Below, in pieces: positions 1 through 14,530 of a stretch of DNA of 64,000 bases (positions within the stretch are counted from its first letter, which is position 1; each line of letters starts with the position of its first letter). The notes under the pieces are model-generated. The model was not told where the DNA came from. It made no database searches and was given only the letters and a program-made list of their open reading frames with translations. Source of the DNA: Lytechinus pictus (lineage: Eukaryota); the NCBI RefSeq assembly GCF_037042905.1, contig NC_087251.1, positions 27,778,001 through 27,842,000 of the forward strand, read 5' to 3'. A program made the translations under genes and the position numbers.

Positions 1-329
1 AAGCTGCTATTTCGTACAAAATCTGTTTTGGAGTTTGTAATCTCATTATATGTTTTTTTTTTAAGTTTTGGAGTAGGTGGGTGGTACATTTACATTGCTT
101 AAGGGTAATCCTATTATGCATAAAAAAGTCGGTAACATGATTGCTTGTTTTTTTTCCATCTGAGAAGGATGGTTTTAGCATTCAATTTGGTGTATAACTC
201 TGATGTGCTGAAAAAAAAATTAGCACAGTTCAAAGGCCTCTATTCTACATTACAATGAGACGATCAATTTAAGTTTTTCCTGCATATCTCCAAATATATG
301 AACAAACTGACGGTGTTTGCGTTTTGAAG

Positions 330-704
330 AAATTTTGTCACTCCATGTAATATTTTCATTTAAATTTGTCCATACGATTTAAAGGAAATTTATTCTTCTT
401 GGTCGGAACATTAGCAAACTGACGTTGTTTGCTTTTTGAAGAAATTATCATATATTCACATTTGCTTGTATTCAATAATAATTCATTGCCACGGATGTCA
501 TTGGCAATATCATTCAAATCTTCATTGATTACGTTCAAGTTCAATTGGGTCATTGTAAGCAAAATTAGGGCATGAATTATCGGCATAAAGTGATAATGTA
601 CTTTGCCGAACAACTTTGGATATATCATTTGAATACATTATAACAAAATCATTGAGCCAATGATACTTCCTTAAGGACCTCCGCAAATAAATATCTCTCG
701 TCAT
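330..704 (-). pseudogene. Degenerate CR1/L2-type LINE reverse transcriptase fragment
   Basis: Frameshifted peptides NDISKVVRQSTLSLYADNS (YADD-like) and LLLNTSKCEYMII (LN.SK motif). Confidence 0.7.
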
Positions 705-3700
705 TCACCTAAATTATATTTGCCTTCATCTCCTCCCCGGCATTCAAGTAATTAAATCTGCCTCAATCTTCTCCTCGGCCTTCACCCCGTTCAACTATGC
801 CTTCGTCTCTTTCTCGGCATTCACCTCCTTTATCTCTGCCTTCGTCTCCTCGGCATTCGCCTTCTTTATCTCTGCCTTCGTCTCCTTCTTGGCATTCGCC
901 TTCTTAATCTCTGCTTTCGTCTCATCCTCGGCATTCGTTTTCTTTATCTCTGCCTTCGTTTCCTACTCGGCATTTGTCTTCTTTATCTATGCCTTCGTCT
1001 CATTTTCGGAATTCACCTTCATTATCTCTGCCTTCGTCTCCTCGGCATTCGCATTCTTTATCTCTGCTTTCGTCTCCTACTTCGACTTCACCTCCTTCAA
1101 CTCTGCCTTCGTCTCCTCCTCGGCCTTCACTCCTTTTATATCTGTCCCCTTCTCTTCGGCTTTGATCTCCTTTATCTCTGCTCCAATTTCATCGGCCTTC
1201 ACCTCCATTATCTGTGGTTTTGTCTCCTCGGTATTCACCTCCATCTTCTGTGCATTCGTCTTCTCATCGGCATTCACCTCCTTTGTATATTCTTTAGTCT
1301 CTTTCTCGGCGTTCATATCCTTTATCTCTGCCCTAATCTCCTCGATATTCACCTAAATTATATTTGCCTTCATCTCCTCCCCGGCATTCAAGTAATTACA
1401 TGTGCCTCCATCTTCTCCTCGGCCTTCAGCTCGTTCAACTCTACCTTCGTCTCTTCTCGGCATTCACCACCTTTATCTCCGCCTTCGTCTCCTCGGCATT
1501 CGCCTTCTTTATATCTGCCTTCGTCTTCTTTTCGGCATGTGCCTTCTTCATCTCTGCCTTCGTTACCTCCTCGGCATCCGTTTTTTTTTTGTCTCTGCCT
1601 TCGTCTCCTCCTCCGCATTCGCCTTCTTTATCTCTGCCTTCGTCTCCTTGGCATTCGCCTTCTTTATCTTTGACTTCGTCTCCTCCTTCAACTCTGCCTT
1701 CGTCTCCTCTTCGGCATCCATCTCTTTATATATCTGCCTCCGTATGTTTAGTCTCTCTCGGCATTAATCTCCTTCATCTCTGCCTCTGTCTCCTGCTCGG
1801 CATTCATCCCCTTTGACGGTGCCTTTGTCTCCTTCTTGGTATTCACCTATTTTATATCTACTTCCGTCTTCTCCTTGGCACTCTCCTCCTTTTATCTGCC
1901 TTCGTCATTACGTCTATTCTCGCCTCCCTTATCTCTGCCCAATTCACCTTCGCCATCCCCTCCTTTTTTCTGCCACATCTCCTTGGCCTTCACCTTCTTT
2001 ATGTTTGTCTTCGTCTCCTCCTCGGCATTCACCTCCTTTATCTCTGACCCGATCTCATCGGCCTTCATCTCCCGTTTATCTGCCTTGATTTGATTTTATC
2101 TATATCAACACGGTGAAATAGCTTTTGATCAGTAAATGGCTGATTTCCAGAGAGGCATGTAATATACAAACAGTACACCGAATAATAAATCATAACAAAT
2201 CAAAACTGATATAAGGAAAACTTATATACATAACCAAAAGAAAGGGGTGGTGAAAGAAAACAAACAAAACGACAGCAACTGGGTTTAAAAAAGATGATAA
2301 TCAAGATTTCAAGACTTTTCAATTCAATTCAAATTTTTTTCCACATCTGATTAAAAAGACAAGTGCAAATTCATATGCAGATGTATTTATACAATAATAA
2401 AACAATAAAATGAAACATACTGAGTTTGAAATAATTAATATGGTGTGAATTGAGAGACGCCGAAGGCCTTCTTTATCTCTGATTTCGTCTCATCCTCGGC
2501 ATTCGTTTTCGTTATCTATGCCTTCGTCTCCTTCTCGGCATTCGTTTTCTTTATCTATGCCTTCGTCTCATCCTCGGCATTCGTTTTTGTTATCTATGCA
2601 TTCGTCTCCTCCTCGGCATTCGTTTTTTTTTTAATCTCTGCCTTCGTCTCCATCTCGGCATTCGCCTTCTTCATATTTGCCTTCGTCTCCTCTTCGGCAT
2701 CAATCTCTTTATATATCTGCCTCCGTATGTTTAGCCTTTCTCGGCATTGATCTCCTTCATCTCTGCCTCTGTCTCCTGCTGGGCATTCATCCCCTTTAAT
2801 GTTGCCCTTGTCTCCTCCTTGGCATTCACCTATTTCATATCATCTACTTCCGTCTTCTCCTTGGCATTCTCCTCCTTTTCTCTGCCTTCGTCATCACGTC
2901 TATTCTCGCCTCCCTTATCTCTGCCCAATTCACCTTCGGCATCCCCTCCTTTTTTCTGCCACATCTCCTTGGCCTTCACCTTCTTTATGTTTGTCTTCGT
3001 CTCCTCCTCGGCATTCACCTCCTTTATCTCTGCCCCCATCTCCTCGGCCTTCATCTCCCGTTTATCTGCCTTGATTTGATTTGATCTATATCAACACGGT
3101 GAAAAGCGTTTGATCAGTGAATGGCTGATTTCCAGAGAGGCATGTAATATACAAACAATACACCTAATAATAAATCATAACAAAATAAACTAATATAACA
3201 AAAAACTTATATACATAACCAAAAGAATTTGGTGGTGAAAGAAAACAAACAAAACGACAACAATTAGGTTTAGAAAAGATGATAATCAAGATTTCAAGAC
3301 TTTTCAATTCAATTCAAATTTATTTCCACATCTGATTAAAAAGACAAGTGCAAATTCATATGCAGATGTATTTATACAATAATAAAACAATAAAATGAAA
3401 CATACTGAGTTTGAAATAATTAATATGGTGTGAATTGAGAGACGCCGAAGGCCTTCTTTATCTCTGCTTTCGTCTCATCCTCGGCATTCGTTTTCGTTAT
3501 CTATGCCTTCGTCTCCTTCTCGGCATTCGTCTTCTTTATCTATGCCTTCGTCTCATCCTCGGCATTCGTTTTTGTTATCTCTGCCTTCGTCTCCATCTCG
3601 GCATTCGCCTTCTTCATCTTTGCCTTCGTCTCCTCCTTCAACTCTGCCTTCGTCTCCTCTTCGGCATCCATCTCTTTATTTATCTGCCTCCGTATGTTTA

Positions 3701-6700
3701 GTCTTTCTCGGCATTGATCTCCTTCATCTCTGCCTCTGTCTCCTGCTCGGCATTCATCCACTTTGACGGTGCCTTTGTCTCCTCCTTGGGATTCACCTAT
3801 TTTATATCTACTTCCGTCTTCTCCTTGGCATTCTCCTCCTTTTCTCTGCCTTCGTCATCACGTCTATTCTCGCCTCCCTTATCTCTGCCCAATTCACCTT
3901 CGGCATCCCCTCCTTTTTTCTGCCACATCTCCTTGGCCTTCACCTTCTTTATGTTTGTCTCCGTCTCCTTCTCGGCATTCACCTCCTTTATCTCTGCCCC
4001 CATCTCCTCGGCCTTCATCTCCTATTTATCTGCCTTGATTTGATTTTATCTATATCAACACGGTGAAATAGCTTTTGATCAGTGAATGGCTGATTTCCAG
4101 AGAGGCATGTAATATATACAAACAATACACCGAATAATAAATCATAACGAAATTAACTAATATAACAAAAAACTTATGTACATAACCAAAATAATAGGGT
4201 GGTGAAAGAAAACAAACAAAACGACAACAATTAGATTTAGAAAAGATGATAATCAAGATTTCAAGACTTTTCAATTCAATTCAAATTTATTTCCACATCT
4301 GATTAAAAAGACAAGTGCAAATTCATATGCAGATGTATCTATACAATAATAAAACAATAAAATGAAACATACTGAGTTTGAAATAATAATATGGTGTGAA
4401 TTGAGAGACGCCGAAGGCCTTCTTTTATCTCTGCTTTCGTCTCATCCTCGACATTCGTTTTCGTTATCTATGCCTTCGTCTCCTTCTCGGCATTCGTTTT
4501 CTTTATCTATGCCTTCGTCTCATCCTCGGCATTCGTTTTCTTTATCTATGCATTCGTCTCCTTCTCGGCATTCGTTTTTTTTAATCTCTGCCTTCGTCTC
4601 CATCTCGGCATTCGCCTTCTTCATCTTTGCCTTCGTCTCCTCCTTCAACTCTGCCTTCGTCTCCTCTTCGGCATCCATCTCTTTATTTATCTGCCTCCGT
4701 ATGTTTAGTCTTTCTCGGCATTGATATCCTTCATCTCTGCCTCTGTCTCCTGCTCGGCATTCATCCACTTTGACGGTGCCTTTGTCTCCTCCTCGGGATT
4801 CACCTCCTTTATCTCTGACCCGATCTCATCGGCCTTCATCTCCCGTTTATCTGCCTTGATTTGATTTTATCTATATCAACACGGTGAAATAGCTTTTGAT
4901 CAGTAAATGGCTGATTTCCAGAGAGGCATGTAATATACAAACAGTACACCGAATAATAAATCATAACAAATCAAAAACTGATATAAGGAAAACTTATATA
5001 CATAACCAAAAGAAAGGGGTGGTGAAATAAAACAAACAAAACGACAGCAACTGGGTTTAAAAAAGATGATAATCAAGATTTCAAGACTTTTCAATTCAAT
5101 TCAAATTTTTTTCCACATCTGATTAAAAAGACAAGTGCAAATTCATATGCAGATGTATTTATACAATAATAAAACAATAAAATGAAACATACTGAGTTTG
5201 AAATAATTAATATGGTGTGAATTGAGAGACGCCGAAGGCCTTCTTTATCTCTGCTTTCGTCTCATCCTCGGCATTCGATTTCGTTATCTATGCCTTCGTC
5301 TCCTTCTCGGCATTCGTCTTCTTTATCTATGCCTTCGTCTCATCCTCGGCATTCGTTTTTGTTATCTCTGCCTTCGTCTCCATCTCGGCATTCGCCTTCT
5401 TCATCTGTGCCTTCGTCTCCTCTTCGGCATCAATCTCTTTATATATCTGCCTCCGTATGTTTAGTCTTTCTCGGCATTGATCTCCTTCATCTCTGCCTCT
5501 GTCTCCTGCTCGGCATTCATCCACTTTGACGGTGCCTTTGTCTCCTCCTTGGGATTCACCTATTTTATATCTACTTCCGTCTTCTCCTTGGCATTCTCCT
5601 CCTTTTCTCTGCCTTCGTCATCACGTCTATTCTCGCCTCCCTTATCTCTGCCCAATTCACCTTCGGCATCCCCTCCTTTTTTCTGCCACATCTCCTTGGC
5701 CTTCACCTTCTTTATGTTTGTCTCCGTCTCCTTCTCGGCATTCACCTCCTTTATCTCTGCCCCCATCTCCTCGGCCTTCATCTCCTATTTATCTGCCTTG
5801 ATTTGGTTTTATCTATATCAACACGGTGAAATAGCTTTTGATCAGTGAATGGCTGATTTCCAGAGAGGCATGTAATATATACAAACAATACACCGAATAA
5901 TAAATCATAACGAAATTAACTAATATAACAAAAAACTTATGTACATAACCAAAATAATGGGGTGGTGAAAGAAAACAAACAAAACGACAACAATTAGATT
6001 TAGAAAAGATGATAATCAAGATTTCAAGACTTTTCAATTCAATTCAAATTTATTTCCACATCTGATTAAAAAGACAAGTGCAAATTCATATGCAGATGTA
6101 TCTATACAATAATAAAACAATAAAATGAAACATACTGGCCCGTATTCTGAAGTCGGGTTTAACTTAAACTCAGGTTTAAAGTTGTGGTTTAAGTATGGCG
6201 AGCCAATTGTTACATAAATCACTAACAGTAGAGATATCATACTTCAGCTCATTTGGCTCTCAAATCATTCATAATTGTCTAGGAAGTATAAAAATATTAT
6301 TGGCTTCACCATCGATGAATCAGAAAAGAGCACAGTAAACATAATAAACATACAACTTAATAACAAATTTGATACTGTTGGCTTCCCATACTTAAACCAC
6401 AACTTTAAACCTGAGTTTAACTTAAACCCGACTTCAGAATACGGGCCACTGAGTTTGAAATAATAATATGGTGTGAATTGAGAGACGCCGAAGGCCTTCT
6501 TTTATCACTGCTTTCGTCTCATCCTCGACATTCGTTTTCGTTATCTATGCCTTCGTCTCCTTCTCGGCATTCGTTTTCTTTATCTATGCCTTCGTCTCAT
6601 CCTCGGCATTCGTTTTCTTTATCTATGCATTCGTCTCCTTCTCGGCATTCGTTTTTTTTTATCTCTGCCTTCGTCTCCATCTCGGCATTCGCCTTCTTCA

Positions 6701-9700
6701 TCTTTGCCTTCGTCTCCTCCTTCAACTCTGCCTTCGTCTCCTCTTCGGCATCCATCTCTTTATTTATCTGCCTCCGTATGTTTAGTCTTTCTCGGCATTG
6801 ATCTCCTTCATCTCTGCCTCTGTCTCCTGCTCGGCATTCATCCACTTTGACGGTGCCTTTGTCTCCTCCTTGGGATTCACCTATTTTATATCTACTTCCG
6901 TCTTCTCCTTGGCATTCTCCTCCTTTTCTCTGCCTTCGTCATCACGTCTATTCTCGCCTCCCTTATCTCTGCCCAATTCACCTTCGGCATCCCCTCCTTT
7001 TTTCTGCCACATCTCCTTGGCCTTCACCTTCTTTATGTTTGTCTCCGTCTCCTTCTCGGCATTCACCTCCTTTATCTCTGCCCCCATCTCCTCGGCCTTC
7101 ATCTCCTATTTATCTGCCTTGATTTGATTTTATCTATATCAACACGGTGAAATAGCTTTTGATCAGTGAATGGCTGATTTCCAGAGAGGCATGTAATATA
7201 TACAAACAATACACCGAATAATAAATCATAACGAAATTAACTAATATAACAAAAAACTTATGTACATAACCAAAATAATAGGGTGGTGAAAGAAAACAAA
7301 CAAAACGACAACAATTAGATTTAGAAAAGATGATAATCAAGATTTCAAGACTTTTCAATTCAATTCAAATTTATTTCCACATCTGATTAAAAAGACAAGT
7401 GCAAATTCATATGCAGATGTATCTATACAATAATAAAACAATAAAATGAAACATACTGAGTTTGAAATAATAATATGGTGTGAATTGAGAGACGCCGAAG
7501 GCCTTCTTTTATCTCTGCTTTCGTCTCATCCTCGACATTCGTTTTCGTTATCTATGCCTTCGTCTCCTTCTCGGCATTCGTTTTCTTTATCTATGCCTTC
7601 GTCTCATCCTCGGCATTCGTTTTCTTTATCTATGCATTCGTCTCCTTCTCGGCATTCGTTTTTTTTAATCTCTGCCTTCGTCTCCATCTCGGCATTCGCC
7701 TTCTTCATCTTTGCCTTCGTCTCCTCCTTCAACTCTGCCTTCGTCTCCTCTTCGGCATCCATCTCTTTATTTATCTGCCTCCGTATGTTTAGTCTTTCTC
7801 GGCATTGATCTCCTTCATCTCTGCCTCTGTCTCCTGCTCGGCATTCATCCACTTTGACGGTGCCTTTGTCTCCTCCTTGGGATTCACCTATTTTATATCT
7901 ACTTCCGTCTTCTCCTTGGCATTCTCCTCCTTTTCTCTGCCTTCGTCATCACGTCTATTCTCGCCTCCCTTATCTCTGCCCAATTCACCTTCGGCATCCC
8001 CTCCTTTTTTCTGCCACATCTCCTTGGCCTTCACCTTCTTTATGTTTGTCTCCATCTCCTTCTCGGCATTCACCTCCTTTATCTCTGCCCCCATCTCCTC
8101 GGCCTTCATCTCCTATTTATCTGCCCTGATTTGATTTTATCTATATCAACACGGTGAAAAGCGTTTGATCAGTGAATGGCTGATTTCCAGAGAGGCATGT
8201 AATATACAAACAATACACCTAATAATAAATCATAACAAAATAAACTAATATAACAAAAAACTTAAATACATAACCAAAAGAATTTGGTGGTGAAAGAAAA
8301 CAAACAAAACGACAACAATTAGGTTTAGAAAAGATGATAATCAAGATTTCAAGACTTTTCAATTCAATTCAAATTTATTTCCACATCTGATTAAAAAAAC
8401 AAGTGCAAATTCATATGCAGATGTATTTATACAATAATAAAACAATAAAATGAAACATACTGAGTTTGAAATAATTAATACGGTGTGAATTGAGAGACGC
8501 CGAAGGCCTTCTTTATCTCTGCTTTCGTCTCATCCTCGGCATTCGTTTCCGTTATCTATGCCTTCGTCTCCTTCTCGGCATTCGTCTTCTTTATCTATGC
8601 CTTCGTCTCATCCTCGGCATTCGTTTTTTTTATCTCTGCCTTCGTCTCCATCTCGGCATTCGCCTTCTTCATCTTTGCCTTCGTCTCCTCCTTCAACTCT
8701 GCCTTCGTCTCCTCTTCGGCATCCATCTCTTTATTTATCTGCCTCCGTATGTTTAGTCTTTCTCGGCATTGATCTCCTTCATCTCTGCCTCTGTCTCCTG
8801 CTCGGCATTCATCCACTTTGACGGTGCCTTTGTCTCCTCCTTGGGATTCACCTATTTTATATCTACTTCCGTATTCTCCTTGGCATTCTCCTCCTTTTCT
8901 CTGCCTTCGTCATCACGTCTATTCTCGCCTCCCTTATCTCTGCCCAATTCACCTTCGGCATCCCCTCCTTTTTTCTGCCACATCTCCTTGGCCTTCACCT
9001 TCTTTATGTTTGTCTCCGTCTCCTTCTCGGCATTCACCTCCTTTATCTCTGCCCCCATCTCCTCGGCCTTCATCTCCTATTTATCTGCCTTGATTTGATT
9101 TTATCTATATCAACACGGTGAAATAGCTTTTGATCAGTGAATGGCTGATTTCCAGAGAGGCATGTAATATATACAAACAATACACCGAATAATAAATCAT
9201 AACGAAATTAACTAATATAACAAAAAACTTATGTACATAACCAAAATAATAGGGTGGTGAAAGAAAACAAACAAAACGACAACAATTAGATTTAGAAAAG
9301 ATGATAATCAAGATTTCAAGACTTTTCAATTCAATTCAAATTTATTTCCACATCTGATTAAAAAGACAAGTGCAAATTCATATGCAGATGTATCTATACA
9401 ATAATAAAACAATAAAATGAAACATACTGAGTTTGAAATAATAATATGGTGTGAATTGAGAGACGCCGAAGGCCTTCTTTTATCTCTGCTTTCGTCTCAT
9501 CCTCGACATTCGTTTTCGTTATCTATGCCTTCGTCTCCTTCTCGGCATTCGTTTTCTTTATCTATGCCTTCGTCTCATCCTCGGCATTCGTTTTCTTTAT
9601 CTATGCATTCGTCTCCTTCTCGGCATTCGTTTTTTTTAATCTCTGCCTTCGTCTCCATCTCGGCATTCGCCTTCTTCATCTTTGCCTTCGTCTCCTCCTT

Positions 9701-12700
9701 CAACTCTGCCTTCGTCTCCTCTTCGGCATCCATCTCTTTATTTATCTGCCTCCGTATGTTTAGTCTTTCTCGGCATTGATCTCCTTCATCTCTGCCTCTG
9801 TCTCCTGCTCGGCATTCATCCACTTTGACGGTGCCTTTGTCTCCTCCTTGGGATTCACCTATTTTATATCTACTTCCGTCTTCTCCTTGGCATTCTCCTC
9901 CTTTTCTCTGCCTTCGTCATCACGTCTATTCTCGCCTCCCTTATCTCTGCCCAATTCACCTTCGGCATCCCCTCCTTTTTTCTGCCACATCTCCTTGGCC
10001 TTCACCTTCTTTATGTTTGTCTCCATCTCCTTCTCGGCATTCACCTCCTTTATCTCTGCCCCCATCTCCTCGGCCTTCATCTCCTATTTATCTGCCCTGA
10101 TTTGATTTTATCTATATCAACACGGTGAAAAGCGTTTGATCAGTGAATGGCTGATTTCCAGAGAGGCATGTAATATACAAACAATACACCTAATAATAAA
10201 TCATAACAAAATAAACTAATATAACAAAAAACTTAAATACATAACCAAAAGAATTTGGTGGTGAAAGAAAACAAACAAAACGACAACAATTAGGTTTAGA
10301 AAAGATGATAATCAAGATTTCAAGACTTTTCAATTCAATTCAAATTTATTTCCACATCTGATTAAAAAAACAAGTGCAAATTCATATGCAGATGTATTTA
10401 TACAATAATAAAACAATAAAATGAAACATACTGAGTTTGAAATAATTAATACGGTGTGAATTGAGAGACGCCGAAGGCCTTCTTTATCTCTGCTTTCGTC
10501 TCATCCTCGGCATTCGTTTCCGTTATCTATGCCTTCGTCTCCTTCTCGGCATTCGTCTTCTTTATCTATGCCTTCGTCTCATCCTCGGCATTCGATTTTG
10601 TTATCTCTGCCTTCGTCTCCATCTCGGCATTCGCCTTCTTCATCTTTGCCTTCGTCTCCTCCTTCAACTCTGCCTTCGTCTCCTCTTCGGCATCCATCTC
10701 TTTATTTATCTGCCTCCGTATGTTTAGTCTTTCTCGGCATTGATCTCCTTCATCTCTGCCTCTGTCTCCTGCTCGGCATTCATCCACTTTGACGGTGCCT
10801 TTGTCTCCTCCTTGGGATTCACCTATTTTATATCTACTTCCGTCTTCTCCTTGGCATTCTCCTCCTTTTCTCTGCCTTCGTCATCACGTCTATTCTCGCC
10901 TCCCTTATCTCTGCCCAATTCACCTTCGGCATCCCCTCCTTTTTTCTGCCACATCTCCTTGGCCTTCACCTTCTTTATGTTTGTCTCCGTCTCCTTCTCG
11001 GCATTCACCTCCTTTATCTCTGCCCCCATCTCCTCGGCCTTCATCTCCTATTTATCTGCCTTGATTTGATTTTATCTATATCAACACGGTGAAATAGCTT
11101 TTGATCAGTGAATGGCTGATTTCCAGAGAGGCATGTAATATATACAAACAATACACCGAATAATAAATCATAACGAAATTAACTAATATAACAAAAAACT
11201 TATGTACATAACCAAAATAATAGGGTGGTGAAAGAAAACAAACAAAACGACAACAATTAGATTTAGAAAAGATGATAATCAAGATTTCAAGACTTTTCAA
11301 TTCAATTCAAATTTATTTCCACATCTGATTAAAAAGACAAGTGCAAATTCATATGCAGATGTATCTATACAATAATAAAACAATAAAATGAAACATACTG
11401 AGTTTGAAATAATAATATGGTGTGAATTGAGAGACGCCGAAGGCCTTCTTTTATCTCTGCTTTCGTCTCATCCTCGACATTCGTTTTCGTTATCTATGCC
11501 TTCGTCTCCTTCTCGGCATTCGTTTTCTTTATCTATGCCTTCGTCTCATCCTCGGCATTCGTTTTCTTTATCTATGCATTCGTCTCCTTCTCGGCATTCG
11601 TTTTTTTTTATCCCTGCCTTCGTCTCCATCTCGGCATTCGCCTTCTTCATCTTTGCCTTCGTCTCCTCCTTCAACTCTGCCTTCGTCTCCTCTTCGGCAT
11701 CCATCTCTTTATATATCTGCCTCCGTATGTTTAGTCTTTCTCGGCATTGATCTCCTTCATCTCTGCCTCTGTCTCCTGCTCGGCATTCATCCACTTTGAC
11801 GGTGCCTTTGTCTCCTCCTTGGGATTCACCTATTTTATATCTACTTCCGTCTTCTCCTTGGCATTCTCCTCCTTTTCTCTGCCTTCGTCATCACGTCTAT
11901 TCTCGCCTCCCTTATCTCTGCCCAATTCACCTTCGGCATCCCCTCCTTTTTTCTGCCACATCTCCTTGGCCTTCACCTTCTTTATGTTTGTCTCCGTCTC
12001 CTTCTCGGCATTCACCTCCTTTATCTCTGCCCCCATCTCCTCGGCCTTCATCTCCTATTTATCTGCCTTGATTTGATTTTATCTATATCAACACGGTGAA
12101 ATAGCTTTTGATCAGTGAATGGCTGATTTCCAGAGAGGCATGTAATATACAAACAATACACCGAATAATAAATCATAACGAAATAAACTAATATAACAAA
12201 AAACTTATGTACATAACCAAAAGAATGGGGTGGTGAAAGAAAACAAACAAAACGACAACAATTAGGTTTAGAAAAGATGATAATCAAGATTTCAAGACTT
12301 TTCAATTCAATTCAAATTTATTTCCACATCTGATTAAAAAAACAAGTGCAAATTCATATGCAGATGTATTTATACAATAATAAAACAATAAAATGAAACA
12401 TACTGAGTTTGAAATAATAATATGGTGTGAATTGAGAGACGCCGAATGCCTTCTTTATCTCTGCTTTCGTCTCATCCTCGGCATTCGTTTTCTTTATCTA
12501 TGCCTTCGTCTCCTTCTCGGCATTCGTTTTCTTTATCTATGCCTTCGTCTCCCTCTCGGCATTCGTTTTCTTTATCTCTGTCTTCGCCTCCTCCTCGGCA
12601 TTCATTGTCTTTATCTCTGCCTTCGTCTCCTCCTCGGTATTCGCTTTCTTTATCTCTGCCATCGGCTCCTCGGCGTTCATTTTCTTTATCTCTGCCATTG

Positions 12701-12807
12701 TCTCCTCCTCGGCATTCGTCTTCTTTATCTCTGCCTTCGTCTCATTCTCGGCATGCACCTCCTTTGTATCTACCTTCATCTTTTTGTCGGCATTCACCTC
12801 CTTTTCC
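704..12807. repeat. Tandem array of ~1-kb units with internal 36-39-bp subrepeat
   Basis: Marker GAATTGAGAGACGCCGAA recurs 11 times (about 2447, 3432, 4398, 5219, 6476, 7482, 8487, 9453, 10458, 11424, 12429). Periods are mostly 966 or 1005 bp. The subrepeat reads as xNAEEETKAEIKK on the minus strand but with many stops and frameshifts. Confidence 0.95.
6137..6447. mobile_element. 311-bp MITE (PIF/Harbinger-like, 3-bp TSD)
   Basis: About 60-bp near-perfect TIRs starting GGCCCGTATTCTGAAGTCGGG; TSD ACT. Other array units show the empty site CATACTGAG. Superfamily inferred from TSD length only. Confidence 0.9.
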
Positions 12808-14225
12808 TGGCAGATCGATTATGATTAAGTCAACCATATCTTTTATTGATAAGAACCAGTAACAAATGGCTTATTCATTAATATCTTTACCTAATTCTAC
12901 GTTTGCGCTGTAAGGTCCATCGACACACGGAGTCTTTCTCCCTCTAGGATGAATTCAGATTTCATGGACTAGTGTTATAAACAATCAATCAATCAATCAA
13001 AACATTGAAAGTTTCCTTTTCCAAATAGGGTTAGCATTTGGAAGTCAATACTCCGCTTAGGAAGTACCTTTGTGAGGCATACATTAGCGTTTGAATTTTG
13101 CAAATTTATCTTTAAAGAACCTGTATTCAATTTATAATATATTAACATATAAGTGACACCTTCCGTAGAAATAGCTTTTCGTCATGTGTATTTTCTTCAC
13201 ATCATGCAGGATCTTCTTTAAAGGTTCAAGACACATCCTTTACATTTGCCTTCACTTTCTGTCTCTTTCTTGAAACTTGTATCACCTAGGTCATTGACCT
13301 TCGGTTACTTTTCATCCGTACGTGTCGAGGGTAAGATGATTGTGAACTATAAACCGCATCCAGGCTCGCTGCTTCGCAGACTCTTTGGAATGCTGCTATT
13401 ACTTGCGTTGACCTTGACCTCGTTTGAACTTGAACAAGAACTTGGCAAAGACATAATCGCAGTGAAGACCTAGTAGATCACGACGTCATGAAGGCAAAGT
13501 ACTTCCGATGTTTGGACCTAATATAGAAAGGAAAAAGAAACTACATGTAGTAAGGACGATTTTCAGGTATAGTTCTTACCTTAGTCCAACAATTCTACAG
13601 TTCTAGATGAACAGTAAGACCTTTGCAGTGGGTTCATTGGAATTGGTATGATATTCCCCATCCCTGAAGGTGCTAAGGACATTGAGAATTATACATTCAA
13701 GGGTCATAATTACTCCAGAAACTCCTGATATGATTCTAAACAAAAGCCCTCAAAAACTTTTTGGGATGTGTTTTGGCAAATGATGAATATTATGTTTTAG
13801 GCCATTTTACATGATTGATAAGACCTGTTTCAGGTCGTCTTTACGGACCAGGGCCAGGACCAGGATCATATCTATCCATAAAGGACACATAATGATCTAA
13901 TATACATCGAGAATAACTTAAGCCTTTTACTCCTGATAAGATGCGTAAGAAACAAAATGCCTTGAAACCTTTGGAACTGTTTTGAAGAAATTAACATATA
14001 TTTAGGCCATTTAAAGGACCAGTTTCGGGACTCTGGTATGTGCCAGGGTCTCTTTGATCCTTAAAGGACATATACCCTTTGATTTAATATACTTAAAGGA
14101 TAACATCATACTTTATAAAATAAATTTTCACGACCAAAAACGTTTTTAGAGCTAAAAATGTTAGTTTTTGACCGTTTTTGGTGGGGTTTTCGGGAAATTA
14201 TGAAAATAGGTTTATTCTAAAATGC

Positions 14226-14268
14226 AAAAATATGGAACGCTTCACGATTTTGCGTGTCATCCTTGCGC
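14226..14268 (-). ncRNA. U6: U6 snRNA, 3' part with Pol III oligo-T terminator
   Basis: Reverse complement reads GCGCAAGGATGACACGCAAAATCGTGAAGCGTTCCATATTTTT, the U6 3' half. The first 6 nt are the duplicated target site. Confidence 0.97.
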
Positions 14269-14299
14269 CTGCTACATCTCAATCTTTTTCATTTTTATT

Positions 14300-14530
14300 G
14301 GAGCCTGCAGCCAATGACGTTGCCCCGTTTGCCAACAAAAGGAACAACATATGGGACAGCCGACCAATCAAAGGCGTCCATTCGGCATCTTTCCGTCCGA
14401 ATCGTCTGCCATAGATCACGTCATAGATCACGTGCCACCACTACTTCAAATTGCTTTCTGACGAAGATCTCTCGAACTTCGAACGAAAGTTTTTGCCGAC
14501 CTTCTTCTGCAATCAATTTGACAGGTAATT
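14300..14530 (+). promoter_or_regulatory. Putative Pol II promoter and non-coding first exon of the transposase gene
   Basis: Two CCAAT boxes (about 14311 and 14364), TGACGT, tandem ATAGATCACGT with an E-box (14411-14434), and donor CAG|GTAATT at 14525. Matching acceptor TTTTTCAG at 16384, 23 nt before the ATG. Confidence 0.5.

Noticed and set aside
889..12862. Dozens of Ser/Phe/Leu-rich or Glu/Lys-rich ORFs in the array as real genes
   Set aside because: Overlapping ORFs in several frames arise from the repeat; each unit has stops and frameshifts.
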